Positions 47,721 through 57,466 are shown, numbered from the stretch's first letter. The stretch is 64,000 nt of DNA from a candidate division WWE3 bacterium RIFOXYB1_FULL_43_24 (GCA_001773135.1 MEVX01000003.1:172-64171), one strand, 5' to 3'. Program-made: numbers and translations. Notes: generated by a model not told the origin, from the letters alone.

Positions 47721-48823
47721 ATTATTTTACTATAAACAGTAAAATTCCATATCAGCCCGAATATTATACCAATTAAAAACGCCGTGTTTGAAACAAGTGC
47801 GGTATCACCGAATGTGCTGACCGCAAATCCTACAAGTTTTGAACGGACGAATATAGGTATGAACGAAGAAGTAATGTAAATAACAAACCCTAAAACTTTC
47901 TCTTTCACTCCCTCAATCTTTCGTTCGCCGAAAGACCAGTAGTTATTTAACAGGAACGTCACCATCATTGCAACAAACCCTGATGCCAGTGCAGCATTGC
48001 GGGAACTTAAAATACTGATTCTTAAAATATTAAATAGACTGGCGTCAACTATAAATCCTGCAACACCTACGAAAAGAAATTTGACGAAGCTTTTATTTTC
48101 GTTGTACCTGAGCAGGACGACAACTCTTAGCGAGTCCCTTAAATTGTTTTTTTCCATTTTGGAATCACCGCGGTCACGTAGTCCGAATTTTATCGGAACT
48201 TCCTTTATTTTTGCTCCCAATCTGTGCATTTTGAACAGGAGGTCAATCTTATAAGCGAATCCCTGAGAAAGTATTTTGTCCAATGACAGCCTGTCGACAA
48301 ATCCTTTAACACGTGAGGCTTTAAAACCGGAAGTGAAATCGTTTACATTAAAAATACCTAAAACTAGTTTTGAAAAAATGTTTCCGCCCACACTGAAAAA
48401 TTTCCTTTTAAAGGCCCATTCTTCCGGTATGCTTCCGCCCTTTGTAAATCTGGAACCTATTACGTAGTCATAACCATTATCTATTTCGTCGATAAGTCTC
48501 ACCATATCTTTTGGGTCGTGCTGGAAGTCTGCGTCCATCTCAACTATCACGTCGGCTTTCAGTTCGTTCATTGCTTCTCTGAAACCGTAAACGTACGCTG
48601 CACCTAAACCGGCCTTAACTTTTTCCATTAGTAAATGAACGTTCAGATTACTTTTCATCTTTTCACGGACTATGTTGGCTGTACCGTCGGGAGAATTTCC
48701 TTCAACAACCAGGATATGAAAATCGTGTTGAGGTCTTTTCAGAAACTCCTGCTGAAGAACATCTGTGAGCCTTCCTATATTTTCCGCCTCATTATAAGTA
48801 GGTATAACAATAACTATTTTCAT
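47702..48823 (-). CDS. GT2 polyprenol-phosphate glycosyltransferase fused to a C-terminal GtrA-like membrane domain
   Basis: The N-terminus is MKIVIVIPTYNEAENIGRL...VEMDADFQHDP. The C-terminus has 4 TM helices (FLFVGVAGFIVDASLFN...) typical of GtrA. Confidence 0.7.
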   Translation of the reverse strand: MKIVIVIPTYNEAENIGRLTDVLQQEFLKRPQHDFHILVVEGNSPDGTANIVREKMKSNLNVHLLMEKVKAGLGAAYVYGFREAMNELKADVIVEMDADFQHDPKDMVRLIDEIDNGYDYVIGSRFTKGGSIPEEWAFKRKFFSVGGNIFSKLVLGIFNVNDFTSGFKASRVKGFVDRLSLDKILSQGFAYKIDLLFKMHRLGAKIKEVPIKFGLRDRGDSKMEKNNLRDSLRVVVLLRYNENKSFVKFLFVGVAGFIVDASLFNILRISILSSRNAALASGFVAMMVTFLLNNYWSFGERKIEGVKEKVLGFVIYITSSFIPIFVRSKLVGFAVSTFGDTALVSNTAFLIGIIFGLIWNFTVYSKIIWKGKK

Positions 48824-48825
48824 AT

Positions 48826-49086
48826 TTAGAAATTCAGGACAGTATACATCAGGAAAAAGACAAGCGTACCGAACACTATATATTCGGCTGCTATAAATTT
48901 TGTCAGTCTTCCTTCAAGAGCATGGTGTAGTACACCCCAAATAATGTAAGCAAGTGAGGAAACGCCCGATAAAAATATCAAAACCCCGTGGTTGTATCTG
49001 AAATAGTAGAACAACAAACTTATTATTACTGCCAAGGTAGCCAACACCGCGTATTCAACTAAATGTGTGTCGCTTTTATCTTTCAT
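48826..49086 (-). CDS. Small membrane protein (86 aa), hypothetical
   Basis: It has three hydrophobic helices and is tightly coupled to its flanking genes. Confidence 0.35.
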   Translation of the reverse strand: MKDKSDTHLVEYAVLATLAVIISLLFYYFRYNHGVLIFLSGVSSLAYIIWGVLHHALEGRLTKFIAAEYIVFGTLVFFLMYTVLNF

Positions 49087-50072
49087 AGAACTATTCCCGG
49101 TGTCAGAACAAACCAGATACTGGCAACCACAAGTATCAAAATCCCGAGGTGGGCAGCTGTATGGCCTGTAAACTTGTGAATTCCTCTCGTTTTTGAGTAC
49201 CAGACATCAAGCGCTAAAAGCGTTCCGACGAACCCGCCGAAAACAGCGCTCACCGTCTTAGTAGCCGTCGTTACGTCGATAGCAGGCTTCTCGGGGGCTA
49301 CAGGAGTGTAGACAGGCTCCGAAACAGCCTCGGGGACACCTTCGGCCTCAGGCTCCCTCTCCGACACCGCAGCAGTTGCAGAGGACTCTTTCTGCAGGAC
49401 TGTCTGCTCCTCGTAAACTGAAGCTACCTGAGCGGCATTTCTTGGCCTGCCGAACATCTGCACGACAAGGGTAGTCTCGTACCCCTCCATAACACCGTTT
49501 ACCACGGCAAATCCTATCTCATCGTAGTTCGGGCTCAGTAGGTTTTCTTTATGTGAGGAGGATTTCATCCACGCTTCAACCACGTCTCTCGAATTGTTAA
49601 AATTTTTCGCCAAATTCTCACCGGCATAAATGTAATCGTAGTTTTGTCCCAGAATAAAATCCCACGGTTCCGTACCGTCGGGTGAAATATGAGCCCAGTA
49701 CTGATCTTTGAACATATCCTCTGCTTTTTGGTGGGCAGCTGAAGTAAGCGCAGAATTTAGACGCAACTCAGATAGCCCCGCTTCTTTTCTTTTCACATTC
49801 GTATAAGTGAGGAGATCCTTTACGGCGATGTCTGAAGCATACCCAAGTACTCCGGGTACGATTTTGGGAAGAATCCTGAATATACCCGCGATAAGTAGCA
49901 TCGCGACGCAGTATACGATAACGGCCCTGTTTGAAAGTAGTGTCGCTCTTCTTTTTTCCTCCGGATGAGGTAAAAAGTGGTGCACAAACTGGAATTTTTC
50001 AATGGATTTAGGCTGTTGGCGCCAATCTTTTATAATATTCGACTTCTTTTTGCCTTTAAGTACGGACATCAA
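49083..50072 (-). CDS. CAP/SCP (YkwD-like) domain protein with an N-terminal TM, an E/P/A-rich linker and a C-terminal TM hairpin
   Basis: The CAP domain carries HQKAEDMFKDQYWAHISPDG...YAGENLA...WMKSSSHKENLL. The linker is EREPEAEGVPEAVSEPVYTPVAPEKP. Two TM helices sit at the C-terminus. Confidence 0.65.
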   Translation of the reverse strand: MMSVLKGKKKSNIIKDWRQQPKSIEKFQFVHHFLPHPEEKRRATLLSNRAVIVYCVAMLLIAGIFRILPKIVPGVLGYASDIAVKDLLTYTNVKRKEAGLSELRLNSALTSAAHQKAEDMFKDQYWAHISPDGTEPWDFILGQNYDYIYAGENLAKNFNNSRDVVEAWMKSSSHKENLLSPNYDEIGFAVVNGVMEGYETTLVVQMFGRPRNAAQVASVYEEQTVLQKESSATAAVSEREPEAEGVPEAVSEPVYTPVAPEKPAIDVTTATKTVSAVFGGFVGTLLALDVWYSKTRGIHKFTGHTAAHLGILILVVASIWFVLTPGIVL

Positions 50073-50133
50073 AGAAATTATATCCCAAAGACGGGAAAAG
50101 GACTAGAAAAGAGGGGTGTTACAAGGATGACAG

Positions 50134-50748
50134 CTACAGATACTTCTTCACTTCTTCAAAAACTTCTTCGGGAGAACCCGAACCGTCTATTTCAATAAGA
50201 ACGCCCTGGGAACGGAATTTTTCTATCTGCTCACCTGTTTCGTTGGCGAATATCCCGAGTCTTTTTAATATAGCCTCTTCTTTATCGTCGTCTCTTTGTT
50301 TGAGCGCGCCTCCGCACTTATCGCAAACACCTTCTACTTTCGGGGGCTTTGACACCACGTTATAAACAGCACCGCACGACTCGCATGTTCTTCTGGTGGA
50401 AAGTCTCATTAACGATATCTCACGTGGAATGTTAATTAAAAACACCTTATCGTAATTCGGGTCAAAAAATACCAGGTCCTCAGTTGTCCTGCCCCAGCCA
50501 TCCATAATGTAACCTTTTTCAAAACCGGGGGAGGCAACCGCTTCTTTTAATATTTCGGCAACTTTATCCTGAGGTGCAAGTCGTCCTGCCACAAGAGCAT
50601 CGTTGATTTCTTTGTACCACGGGTGTTCGGGTGCGAGGTCGCGTAAAGCCTGCCCTACGGAGATTAAAGGCAAACTCAGGTATTTACTCAACATTTCTCC
50701 TTGTGTACCTTTCCCTGACCCCACAGGGCCCATTAACAGTATCTTCAT
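50134..50748 (-). CDS. adk: Adenylate kinase
   Basis: The P-loop is MKILLMGPVGSGKGTQG. The zinc-lid region is CESCGAVYN...CDKCGG. Confidence 0.9.
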   Translation of the reverse strand: MKILLMGPVGSGKGTQGEMLSKYLSLPLISVGQALRDLAPEHPWYKEINDALVAGRLAPQDKVAEILKEAVASPGFEKGYIMDGWGRTTEDLVFFDPNYDKVFLINIPREISLMRLSTRRTCESCGAVYNVVSKPPKVEGVCDKCGGALKQRDDDKEEAILKRLGIFANETGEQIEKFRSQGVLIEIDGSGSPEEVFEEVKKYL

Positions 50749-50756
50749 AGTGAGGT

Positions 50757-51023
50757 TTAGAGCCCGGGGAGACCGAGATCCTGTAACTGTCCTCTCATTT
50801 GTTTCTCAACTTTTTTATCAACATCCTTGAAAGCATCATTTAATAATTCCCTCAAAAGCTTATCGTCCTCACCATCAATTTCAAGTTTCTCGATTCTTTT
50901 GTCGCCTCTTATAACAATTCTTAATCTACCCTTTTCCGAAGTTACAAAAATATTCTCCATTTGTTTTTTAATATCGGATTGGGTTTTTCTTAATTTATTT
51001 ATGTCTTTTAATTTATCGAACAT
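50757..51023 (-). CDS. ybaB: YbaB/EbfC-family nucleoid-associated protein
   Basis: 88 aa. It aligns with E. coli YbaB in the central region (DDKLLRELLNDAFKD versus DDKEMLEDLVAAAFNDA) and at the G-L-P-G C-terminus. Confidence 0.65.
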   Translation of the reverse strand: MFDKLKDINKLRKTQSDIKKQMENIFVTSEKGRLRIVIRGDKRIEKLEIDGEDDKLLRELLNDAFKDVDKKVEKQMRGQLQDLGLPGL

Positions 51024-51034
51024 TATTAACCTCC

Positions 51035-52291
51035 TTAGAACAAAAACTTGTCGTAGCTTCTTGTTACCATTAAAGATTCTGTCTGTCTAATTGTTTCGAG
51101 GACAACGGACACTACGATGAGTAAGCTTGTGCCTCCAACGGTCATGGCGGTAGTTCCGGCAGCCCCCTGAAAAAAGTACGGGAGTATGGCTATTAAGCCC
51201 AAAAAGACTGCACCCGCCAGAGTAATTCTGTTAACAACACTTTTGAGATAACGCGCGGTACCCATACCCGGTCTGATTCCCGGAATAAAACCTCCCCGCT
51301 TTTTTACATCATCCGCAATCTTTTGGGGATTGAATTGAATACCTGTGTAAAAAAAGGTGAATGCGACGACCAACAAGAAATATAAAATGTTGTAAGCAAT
51401 ATCGTTTTGGCCAAAATTGACCGACAAGAATGTTCCTATGCTTTGCAAAGTTCCATTACTTGAACTCGTCAGCGGTCCTGCCAGAAGGGAAGGTACCATG
51501 ACCACTGAAACAGCAAAAATTATAGGTATGACACCGGCCTGATTGATCTTAAGCGGAAGGTAGTTGGTGACCTTCTGGCTTCTGGTGCCTGTTCTACCGT
51601 ATTCGATGACGATGTTTCTGGTACCTTCGTTAACCAGTACCACGCTGGCAACAATTACCACCGCCAGGACAGCGAACAAAATAGCACTGAAAAATGTTTC
51701 GGCTGTAAGTGTGGCTATGTATGAGTATATCTGTTGAGGAAATCTGCTTATTATTCCCACAAAAATTAAAAGCGAAACTCCATTACCCACGCCTCGTTCT
51801 GTGACAAGATCGCCAAGCCAAACAAGAAACATTGCTCCCGCTGACATCGTAACTATTAAGACCAGAAGATCGATGGAATTTAGAATCGGGATAGCACCTT
51901 GTTTATTTAATAGAAAATATATTCCGTAAGCCTGGATCAGCGTCATCGGAACACTAAGATATTTTGTGTAAAGGTTTATTTTTTCTCTACCGTACTCACC
52001 TTCTTTAGCCATCTCTTCGAGTGAAGGCACCATCACAGTCAAGAGTTGCATGATGATAGACGCGTTAATGTACGGCCCCAACCCGAGGGTAACAATTGAA
52101 AAGTTTTGAAAACCACCACCACTGAAAAGATCGAACATACCGAATAGTGCGTTGCCGGATAAAAATGACCTGATGGTAGCGACATCGACGCCCGGAACAG
52201 GGACATGCGCCAAAAATCTGAATATTACAATGATTGAAAGGGTAAAAATAATTTTTCTTCTTACTTCAGGGTATCTGAATAGTTTAATCAT
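51035..52291 (-). CDS. secY: Preprotein translocase subunit SecY
   Basis: 418 aa with 10 TM helices. It sits in the conserved position after rplO. Confidence 0.9.
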   Translation of the reverse strand: MIKLFRYPEVRRKIIFTLSIIVIFRFLAHVPVPGVDVATIRSFLSGNALFGMFDLFSGGGFQNFSIVTLGLGPYINASIIMQLLTVMVPSLEEMAKEGEYGREKINLYTKYLSVPMTLIQAYGIYFLLNKQGAIPILNSIDLLVLIVTMSAGAMFLVWLGDLVTERGVGNGVSLLIFVGIISRFPQQIYSYIATLTAETFFSAILFAVLAVVIVASVVLVNEGTRNIVIEYGRTGTRSQKVTNYLPLKINQAGVIPIIFAVSVVMVPSLLAGPLTSSSNGTLQSIGTFLSVNFGQNDIAYNILYFLLVVAFTFFYTGIQFNPQKIADDVKKRGGFIPGIRPGMGTARYLKSVVNRITLAGAVFLGLIAILPYFFQGAAGTTAMTVGGTSLLIVVSVVLETIRQTESLMVTRSYDKFLF

Positions 52292-52721
52292 TTAGGGTAG
52301 AGCCCGATTTTTTTGCTTCCTCAAGTGCTCCTTTAGAATAAGTGAACCCCTTAAGGATCAGTTTCTTTTTAAGGCTTCCTCCACCAATGATTTTAACACC
52401 CTGGCGTGTGATAGTTCTAATTATTCTTTTTTTCAGGAGAACTTCGGGAGTTACTTCAGTACCTTCGTCAAACTTGTTCAATTCTTCCAGTCTTATACCT
52501 ACAGCCTTTTTTAGAGACTTGAAACCGCCAAGCTGTGGTAATCTTTTATAAAGGGGCACCTGCCCTCCTTCAAATCCTACCGACAGGCTATGACCGGTTC
52601 TGGATAACTGACCCTTCATTCCTCTTCCGACTGTGTGGCCACCTTTACCTGAACCGTAACCACGTCCCAATCTTTTTTTGCTTCTTTTTGTTTTTAAAGA
52701 TACTAAGTTAGATAAATCCAT
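52284..52721 (-). CDS. rplO: 50S ribosomal protein L15
   Basis: Translation carries [22 protein letters not shown]. Confidence 0.9.
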   Translation of the reverse strand: MDLSNLVSLKTKRSKKRLGRGYGSGKGGHTVGRGMKGQLSRTGHSLSVGFEGGQVPLYKRLPQLGGFKSLKKAVGIRLEELNKFDEGTEVTPEVLLKKRIIRTITRQGVKIIGGGSLKKKLILKGFTYSKGALEEAKKSGSTLND

Positions 52722-52725
52722 ATAA

Positions 52726-53184
52726 TTATCCTTTTAATTTCTTCAGGGCTTTTAAAGTACATCTCACATTACTTATCTTATTGTTTGACCCGATCATTTT
52801 TGCCGAGATGTCTTTTATTCCTGCTAATTCCAAAACAGCTCTTACTGCGCCGCCCGCAATTACTCCGGTACCTTTAGGAGCCGGCTTTAAGAAAACCTTG
52901 GCTGACTCGTACTTTGCTGTGACTTCGTGAGCTATAGTTGGGCCGCTTAATTTTATTTCCACCATCGATTTCTTTGCCTTACCCATTGCTTTGTTTATAG
53001 AAGTCGCGACGTCAGGTGCTTTTCCATAACCTACGCCGACCCTACCGTTATGATTTCCCACAACAGCAAGTACTGCGAAAGCAATTGTGTTGCCTCCTTT
53101 GGTCTTTTTGGAAACTCTTCTGATTTCCAAAACCTTCTCTTCTATTTCATCGAATTTCGCTGTGTTTACATCTGCGGTTATCAT
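52726..53184 (-). CDS. rpsE: 30S ribosomal protein S5
   Basis: Translation carries VSKKTKGGNTIAFAVLAVVGNHNGRVGVGYGKA. It is only 4 nt from rplO, so there is no room for rpmD. Confidence 0.9.
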   Translation of the reverse strand: MITADVNTAKFDEIEEKVLEIRRVSKKTKGGNTIAFAVLAVVGNHNGRVGVGYGKAPDVATSINKAMGKAKKSMVEIKLSGPTIAHEVTAKYESAKVFLKPAPKGTGVIAGGAVRAVLELAGIKDISAKMIGSNNKISNVRCTLKALKKLKG

Positions 53185-53540
53185 AGTTTTAAGCCACCTT
53201 CCCTGGCTCCGTCAGCTAAAGCTTTTACTCTTCCGTGAAATCTGAATCCATTCCTGTCAAACACCGCTTCTTTTATTTTATGTTCTGTAGCTTTTGCAGC
53301 TAAAGCTTTTCCTGCTTCGAATGCGATTTCCGTCTTGGTTTTTCCTTTTACCTTTTTTTCAACTTCTACAGACACGGAGGCAATAGTATGTCCCTTAACG
53401 TCATCAATAAGCTGGGCGTAAATGTGCTTGTTAGTTCTAAAGACTGAGATTCTTGGAATCTTTCCGGTTCCTGAGATCTTTTTCCTAACTCTCAATTTTC
53501 GTCTTTCAATATTTGTTTTTCTTAAATTTACTTTATACAT
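53181..53540 (-). CDS. rplR: 50S ribosomal protein L18
   Basis: Translation carries RISVFRTNKHIYAQLIDD...NGFRFHGRVKALADGAREGGL. Confidence 0.85.
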   Translation of the reverse strand: MYKVNLRKTNIERRKLRVRKKISGTGKIPRISVFRTNKHIYAQLIDDVKGHTIASVSVEVEKKVKGKTKTEIAFEAGKALAAKATEHKIKEAVFDRNGFRFHGRVKALADGAREGGLKL

Positions 53541-53547
53541 ATATCTA

Positions 53548-54096
53548 CTACTTGGCGGATTTCGCTGCCTTTCCCGCTTTCCTTCTAATTTTCTCGCCAG
53601 CGTATTTTATTCCCTTACCCTTATAGGGTTCCGGTTTTCTTAGTTTTCTAATCTTAGCAGCTGTTAATCCTACCAGATCCTTATCTATTCCTCTAACTGT
53701 TAAGGTTTGGTTTTCCCCTACTTCGAATTTTATGCCTTCCGGAGCTTTAATTTTCACCGGGTGGGAAAAGCCCAAAGTAAGCGAAATCATGTCGGGAGCT
53801 TCTTGCTTAACTCTGTACCCTACTCCGATAAGTTCGAGGTTCTTATTAAATCCTTCGGTAACACCTTCCACCATATTGGCAATCAAAGACCTAGTCATTC
53901 CCCAAAATGCGCCGGACTGCTTCGTGTCTAGGGCTATAGAAACCTTTGCCTCGTCGCCCTCAACCGCTACCGCTATTTCAGGCCTTACATTAAGTTTGAG
54001 TTCACCCTTAGGTCCCTTCACGGTAACCAGTGAGTCTTTGATCTCAAGTGTGACCCCTGCGGGTATTTTTACAGGTAGCTTTCCTAATCGGCTCAT
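53548..54096 (-). CDS. rplF: 50S ribosomal protein L6
   Basis: I chose the start at MSRLGKLPVKIPAGV, as in the E. coli L6 N-terminus. The ORF track extends it 11 codons upstream into rpsH. Confidence 0.85.
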   Translation of the reverse strand: MSRLGKLPVKIPAGVTLEIKDSLVTVKGPKGELKLNVRPEIAVAVEGDEAKVSIALDTKQSGAFWGMTRSLIANMVEGVTEGFNKNLELIGVGYRVKQEAPDMISLTLGFSHPVKIKAPEGIKFEVGENQTLTVRGIDKDLVGLTAAKIRKLRKPEPYKGKGIKYAGEKIRRKAGKAAKSAK

Positions 54097-54097
54097 A

Positions 54098-54496
54098 TTA
54101 ATAAACCTCGCAAATAATCTCTCCTCCAATTTTTTTCTTTCTGGCCTCGGTAGAACTCATGATACCTTTTGATGTCGAGACGACCATAACACCGAAACCT
54201 CTTTTAAAAGTACCTATTTCATCGGCTCCTCTGTATATCCTTCTTCCGGGTTTCGATACTCTTCTTGCTTCGGTAAGAACAAAAACGTTCTCGTCTTTTG
54301 CCAGCTCTATGTGTAATCTCTTTACGGTTGTCTTTTCAGGTTTAAACACCTTAACACTTTCCAGGAAACCTTTCTCTTTTAAGACCTTGGCTACTTCCTC
54401 ACACTCTCTGGAATACCTTGTTTCCACAACTTTCTTACCCGCCATCGAGGCGTTTTTTAAAGAACTTAACATGTTAGATAATCTGTCCATCGACAT
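54098..54496 (-). CDS. rpsH: 30S ribosomal protein S8
   Basis: Translation carries MSMDRLSNMLSSLKNA...GGEIICEVY. Confidence 0.9.
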   Translation of the reverse strand: MSMDRLSNMLSSLKNASMAGKKVVETRYSRECEEVAKVLKEKGFLESVKVFKPEKTTVKRLHIELAKDENVFVLTEARRVSKPGRRIYRGADEIGTFKRGFGVMVVSTSKGIMSSTEARKKKIGGEIICEVY

Positions 54497-54501
54497 AGAA
54501 G

Positions 54502-54687
54502 TTACCAGCTAGCCTTTCTTATTCCGGGTAACACGCCTGAGTGAGCGAGTTCCCTAAAACACTTCCTGCACATTTTAAATCTTCTGTAATACCCTCTGGG
54601 GTTTCCACATAACGGGCATCTGTGGTAAGCCCTGCTACTGAATTTTGCTTCTCTTTTTTGTTTTGCAATTAAAGATTTTTTAGCCAT
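54502..54687 (-). CDS. rpsZ: 30S ribosomal protein S14 type Z (zinc-binding, 61 aa)
   Basis: Translation is [16 protein letters not shown]...[24 protein letters not shown] chose the start at the conserved MAKK. The ORF track's upstream ATG would overlap rplE. Confidence 0.85.
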   Translation of the reverse strand: MAKKSLIAKQKREAKFSSRAYHRCPLCGNPRGYYRRFKMCRKCFRELAHSGVLPGIRKASW

Positions 54688-54688
54688 A

Positions 54689-55234
54689 TTAATCGTCCTT
54701 CCTAAACGGCATCCCCAAACCTGCAAGTAAATATTTGTTATGTTCGACATCTTTTGTGCTGAAAACCACGGTGATCTGCATACTTCTCAAACCTTTTGTG
54801 GTGTTTGGGTTAACTTCCGGGAAAATAACATGTTCTCTAATGCCAAGGGAATAATTTCCATTGCCATCGAAGGACGTGTCCTCTAACCCTCTGAAGTCTC
54901 TAACCCTGGGTATCGCAATATTGATTAATTTATCAAGAAACGCCCACATTCTCTCGCCCCTCAGAGTTACTGAGTAACCCACTATATCACCTTGTCTTAT
55001 CTTAAATCCAGCTACTGATTGGCGGGCCTTTCTGGGGAAAGCTTTTTGTCCGGCTAAAGATGAAAGTTCCTCCAGGAATGAGTCCAAAGCTTCTCTGTTT
55101 TCTCTAAAAGGACCAACACCGGCGTTTATTGAAACCTTCAATACTTTTGGCAAAGCCATGATGTTAGAAATTTTTAGTTCTTTCATCATCTTTGGCGCTA
55201 TTTCTTTAATGTATTTTTCTCTAAGTCTGTTCAT
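54689..55234 (-). CDS. rplE: 50S ribosomal protein L5
   Basis: Translation carries [20 protein letters not shown]... Confidence 0.9.
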   Translation of the reverse strand: MNRLREKYIKEIAPKMMKELKISNIMALPKVLKVSINAGVGPFRENREALDSFLEELSSLAGQKAFPRKARQSVAGFKIRQGDIVGYSVTLRGERMWAFLDKLINIAIPRVRDFRGLEDTSFDGNGNYSLGIREHVIFPEVNPNTTKGLRSMQITVVFSTKDVEHNKYLLAGLGMPFRKDD

Positions 55235-55554
55235 TTGCTTTTTTTAATTTCAATAACCTCACCTGACTTTTTATTTACTCTGTATTTCTTGCCGTCAATT
55301 ATTTTGTAACCGACTCTAATCGGGTCTCCGGACTTCTGGTCAATCAACATAACATTGGAGACATTTACCGGCTTCTCCATGCTTATAATTCCGCCCTCTT
55401 TTGAAACTTTGCCGGGTTTTACAGCTTTCTTTATTATGTTCACGCCTTCTACGACAACTTTTCCTTTGGCGGGGAACACCTTCAACACTTTTCCGGTTTT
55501 ACCCTTGTCTTTTCCTGCTATTACTTTTACTTTGTCGTCCTTTTTTATTTTCAT
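55231..55554 (-). CDS. rplX: 50S ribosomal protein L24
   Basis: I chose the start at [23 protein letters not shown], the KOW motif. The ORF track start at 55587 would overlap rplN. Confidence 0.85.
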   Translation of the reverse strand: MKIKKDDKVKVIAGKDKGKTGKVLKVFPAKGKVVVEGVNIIKKAVKPGKVSKEGGIISMEKPVNVSNVMLIDQKSGDPIRVGYKIIDGKKYRVNKKSGEVIEIKKSK

Positions 55555-55558
55555 ATGC

Positions 55559-55924
55559 TTACCAAACTTCCTTAGCCAAAGATACAATCTTCAAAAGTCC
55601 TCTATCTCTGATTTCTCTTGCAATGGGACCGAAGATACGTGTACCAATCAGGTTCCTATCTTTGTCTACAACCACTGCTGCATTGTCATCGAATCTAATA
55701 TAACTTCCGTCTTTTCTTCTGACCTCTTTTTTAGTTCTCACTACAATGGCTTTCACAACAGTGTGGTCTTTTACCGCACCTGCGGAATCGGCACCTTTTA
55801 CTACTGCAGTTACCAGATCACCTATCCTAGCAACGGTTTTTCTTGACCCTGGAATGCCAATTATCTTTAACTTCTTGGCTCCTGAGTTATCCGCTAGATT
55901 TACTGTAGTACCGATCTGTAACAT
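55559..55924 (-). CDS. rplN: 50S ribosomal protein L14
   Basis: Translation carries [23 protein letters not shown]. Confidence 0.9.
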   Translation of the reverse strand: MLQIGTTVNLADNSGAKKLKIIGIPGSRKTVARIGDLVTAVVKGADSAGAVKDHTVVKAIVVRTKKEVRRKDGSYIRFDDNAAVVVDKDRNLIGTRIFGPIAREIRDRGLLKIVSLAKEVW

Positions 55925-55925
55925 C

Positions 55926-56204
55926 TTATTTCTCCTTAGTGCCCTTTCCTTCCGGCTGTTTGACTACTTCTATAACTTTCCATGTGACTTCTTTACTGAA
56001 AGGAGCGCATTCCTCAACTATGACTTCGTCTCCCAAAGAAACTCCCATCTCATCTCTGACTTTTAATCTCTTATTTGTCTTTACAGGTTTACTGTATAAA
56101 GGGTGTCTGGTAGAAATATCTATTTTCACCACAACAGTTTTCTGCATTTTAGTAGAGACAACTTTTCCTTTTATTTTTCTTGCACTAGTAGTTTTTTCTG
56201 TCAT
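55926..56204 (-). CDS. rpsQ: 30S ribosomal protein S17
   Basis: Translation carries GKVVSTKMQKTVVVKIDISTRHPLYSK. The start was trimmed to the Met after the rpmC stop. Confidence 0.85.
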   Translation of the reverse strand: MTEKTTSARKIKGKVVSTKMQKTVVVKIDISTRHPLYSKPVKTNKRLKVRDEMGVSLGDEVIVEECAPFSKEVTWKVIEVVKQPEGKGTKEK

Positions 56205-56205
56205 A

Positions 56206-56418
56206 TTACCCCTCAAGCTTTTCAGCGCTTAAAATTTTCTTCTCATTTAAAACAGTAAGTATTCTGGACATGTCTTTTCTGAGCAATCCCGCCTTTTTAA
56301 CATTTTTCTCCTTACCCTGTAAAGTGTTTAACGAAACTTCCCTTATTTCCTTCTCCAGGTTTTTCTTTGCGTCTAAAAGTTCCTGTTCATTTTTTTGTCT
56401 TAGTTCTTTTGCGTTCAT
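56206..56418 (-). CDS. rpmC: 50S ribosomal protein L29
   Basis: Translation carries MNAKELRQKNEQELLDAKKNLEKEI. The start was trimmed so that it does not overlap rplP. Confidence 0.75.
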   Translation of the reverse strand: MNAKELRQKNEQELLDAKKNLEKEIREVSLNTLQGKEKNVKKAGLLRKDMSRILTVLNEKKILSAEKLEG

Positions 56419-56422
56419 ATGT

Positions 56423-56830
56423 TTATTCCTTAGATACAAACTTCATTTTAATAGGAAGTTTAGCGGAAGCTTTCCTAAAAGCGTGTTTAGCCAAATCTCT
56501 TGTAACGCCGCCAATTTCAAATACTACCTTTCCGGGTTTTATAACAGCTGCGTAGTGATCGGTATTTGCCTTACCGCTTCCCATCCTTGTTTCTGCAGGC
56601 TTAGCCACAACAGGCTTATCAGGGAAAACCCTAATCCATAGCTTGCCTCCTCTTTTAGTCTCGTGCATTACAGCCTTTCTTGCAGCTTCTATCTGTCTCG
56701 AAGTCAAAAGTCCCCTGTCAGCAGCTTTCAAAGCATAATCGCCGTAAACGATCTTAGATCCTCTGACAGCAATACCCTTGTTGTTGCCTCGTTGCTGTTT
56801 TCTAAATTTTACTTTCTTCGGCATCAACAT
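56423..56830 (-). CDS. rplP: 50S ribosomal protein L16
   Basis: Translation carries MPKKVKFRKQQRG... Confidence 0.9.
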   Translation of the reverse strand: MLMPKKVKFRKQQRGNNKGIAVRGSKIVYGDYALKAADRGLLTSRQIEAARKAVMHETKRGGKLWIRVFPDKPVVAKPAETRMGSGKANTDHYAAVIKPGKVVFEIGGVTRDLAKHAFRKASAKLPIKMKFVSKE

Positions 56831-56832
56831 AG

Positions 56833-57465
56833 TTAAATCGTCTTTTCACCTTTATAAATCCATACTTTAATTCCGATAGTTCCGTAAAGTAAGTGACAAT
56901 CAACTTGAGCGTAATCTATCTCCGCCCTGAGTGTCTGAAGTGGGATAGAACCCAACGTGTACTGTTCGGATCTGGAAATTGTGTTGCTTCCGCTTAAAAC
57001 TCCCGACAATCTTATTTTTATTCCCTTCGCTCCTTTATCCATCGCACCGCTCAACGCGAACTTTACGACTCTTCTGTAAGGCATTCTTCTTTTTATTTGT
57101 CTTGCTAAGTAATCTCCTACAAGCTGGGCTTCCGTTTCAGGAGATTTAACTTCTTCAGCCGTAATCTTAACTTTGGCTTTTGTAAGCTTCTTAATTTCTT
57201 TTTCAATTTCTTCCACTCCGGTACCGCCTCTTCCTATAACAACCCCTGGTTTGGACACTCTTACTGTTATGCTTATGTCGTTCTCAGTTCTCTCGATATC
57301 TATCTCTTTCAAACCAGCCATCTCCAGTTTCTTTTTAAGGTACTTCCTTATCTTTATATCTTCGTGTGCTACATCAGCATAAGAAGAAGGTGGTGCGTAC
57401 CATCTGGACTGCCAGTCCCTTGATATTCCTAATCTGTACCCAATCGGGTTTATTTTTTGTCCCAT
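56833..57465 (-). CDS. rpsC: 30S ribosomal protein S3
   Basis: Translation carries MGQKINPIGYRLGISRDWQSRWYA. Confidence 0.9.
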   Translation of the reverse strand: MGQKINPIGYRLGISRDWQSRWYAPPSSYADVAHEDIKIRKYLKKKLEMAGLKEIDIERTENDISITVRVSKPGVVIGRGGTGVEEIEKEIKKLTKAKVKITAEEVKSPETEAQLVGDYLARQIKRRMPYRRVVKFALSGAMDKGAKGIKIRLSGVLSGSNTISRSEQYTLGSIPLQTLRAEIDYAQVDCHLLYGTIGIKVWIYKGEKTI

Positions 57466-57466
57466 A

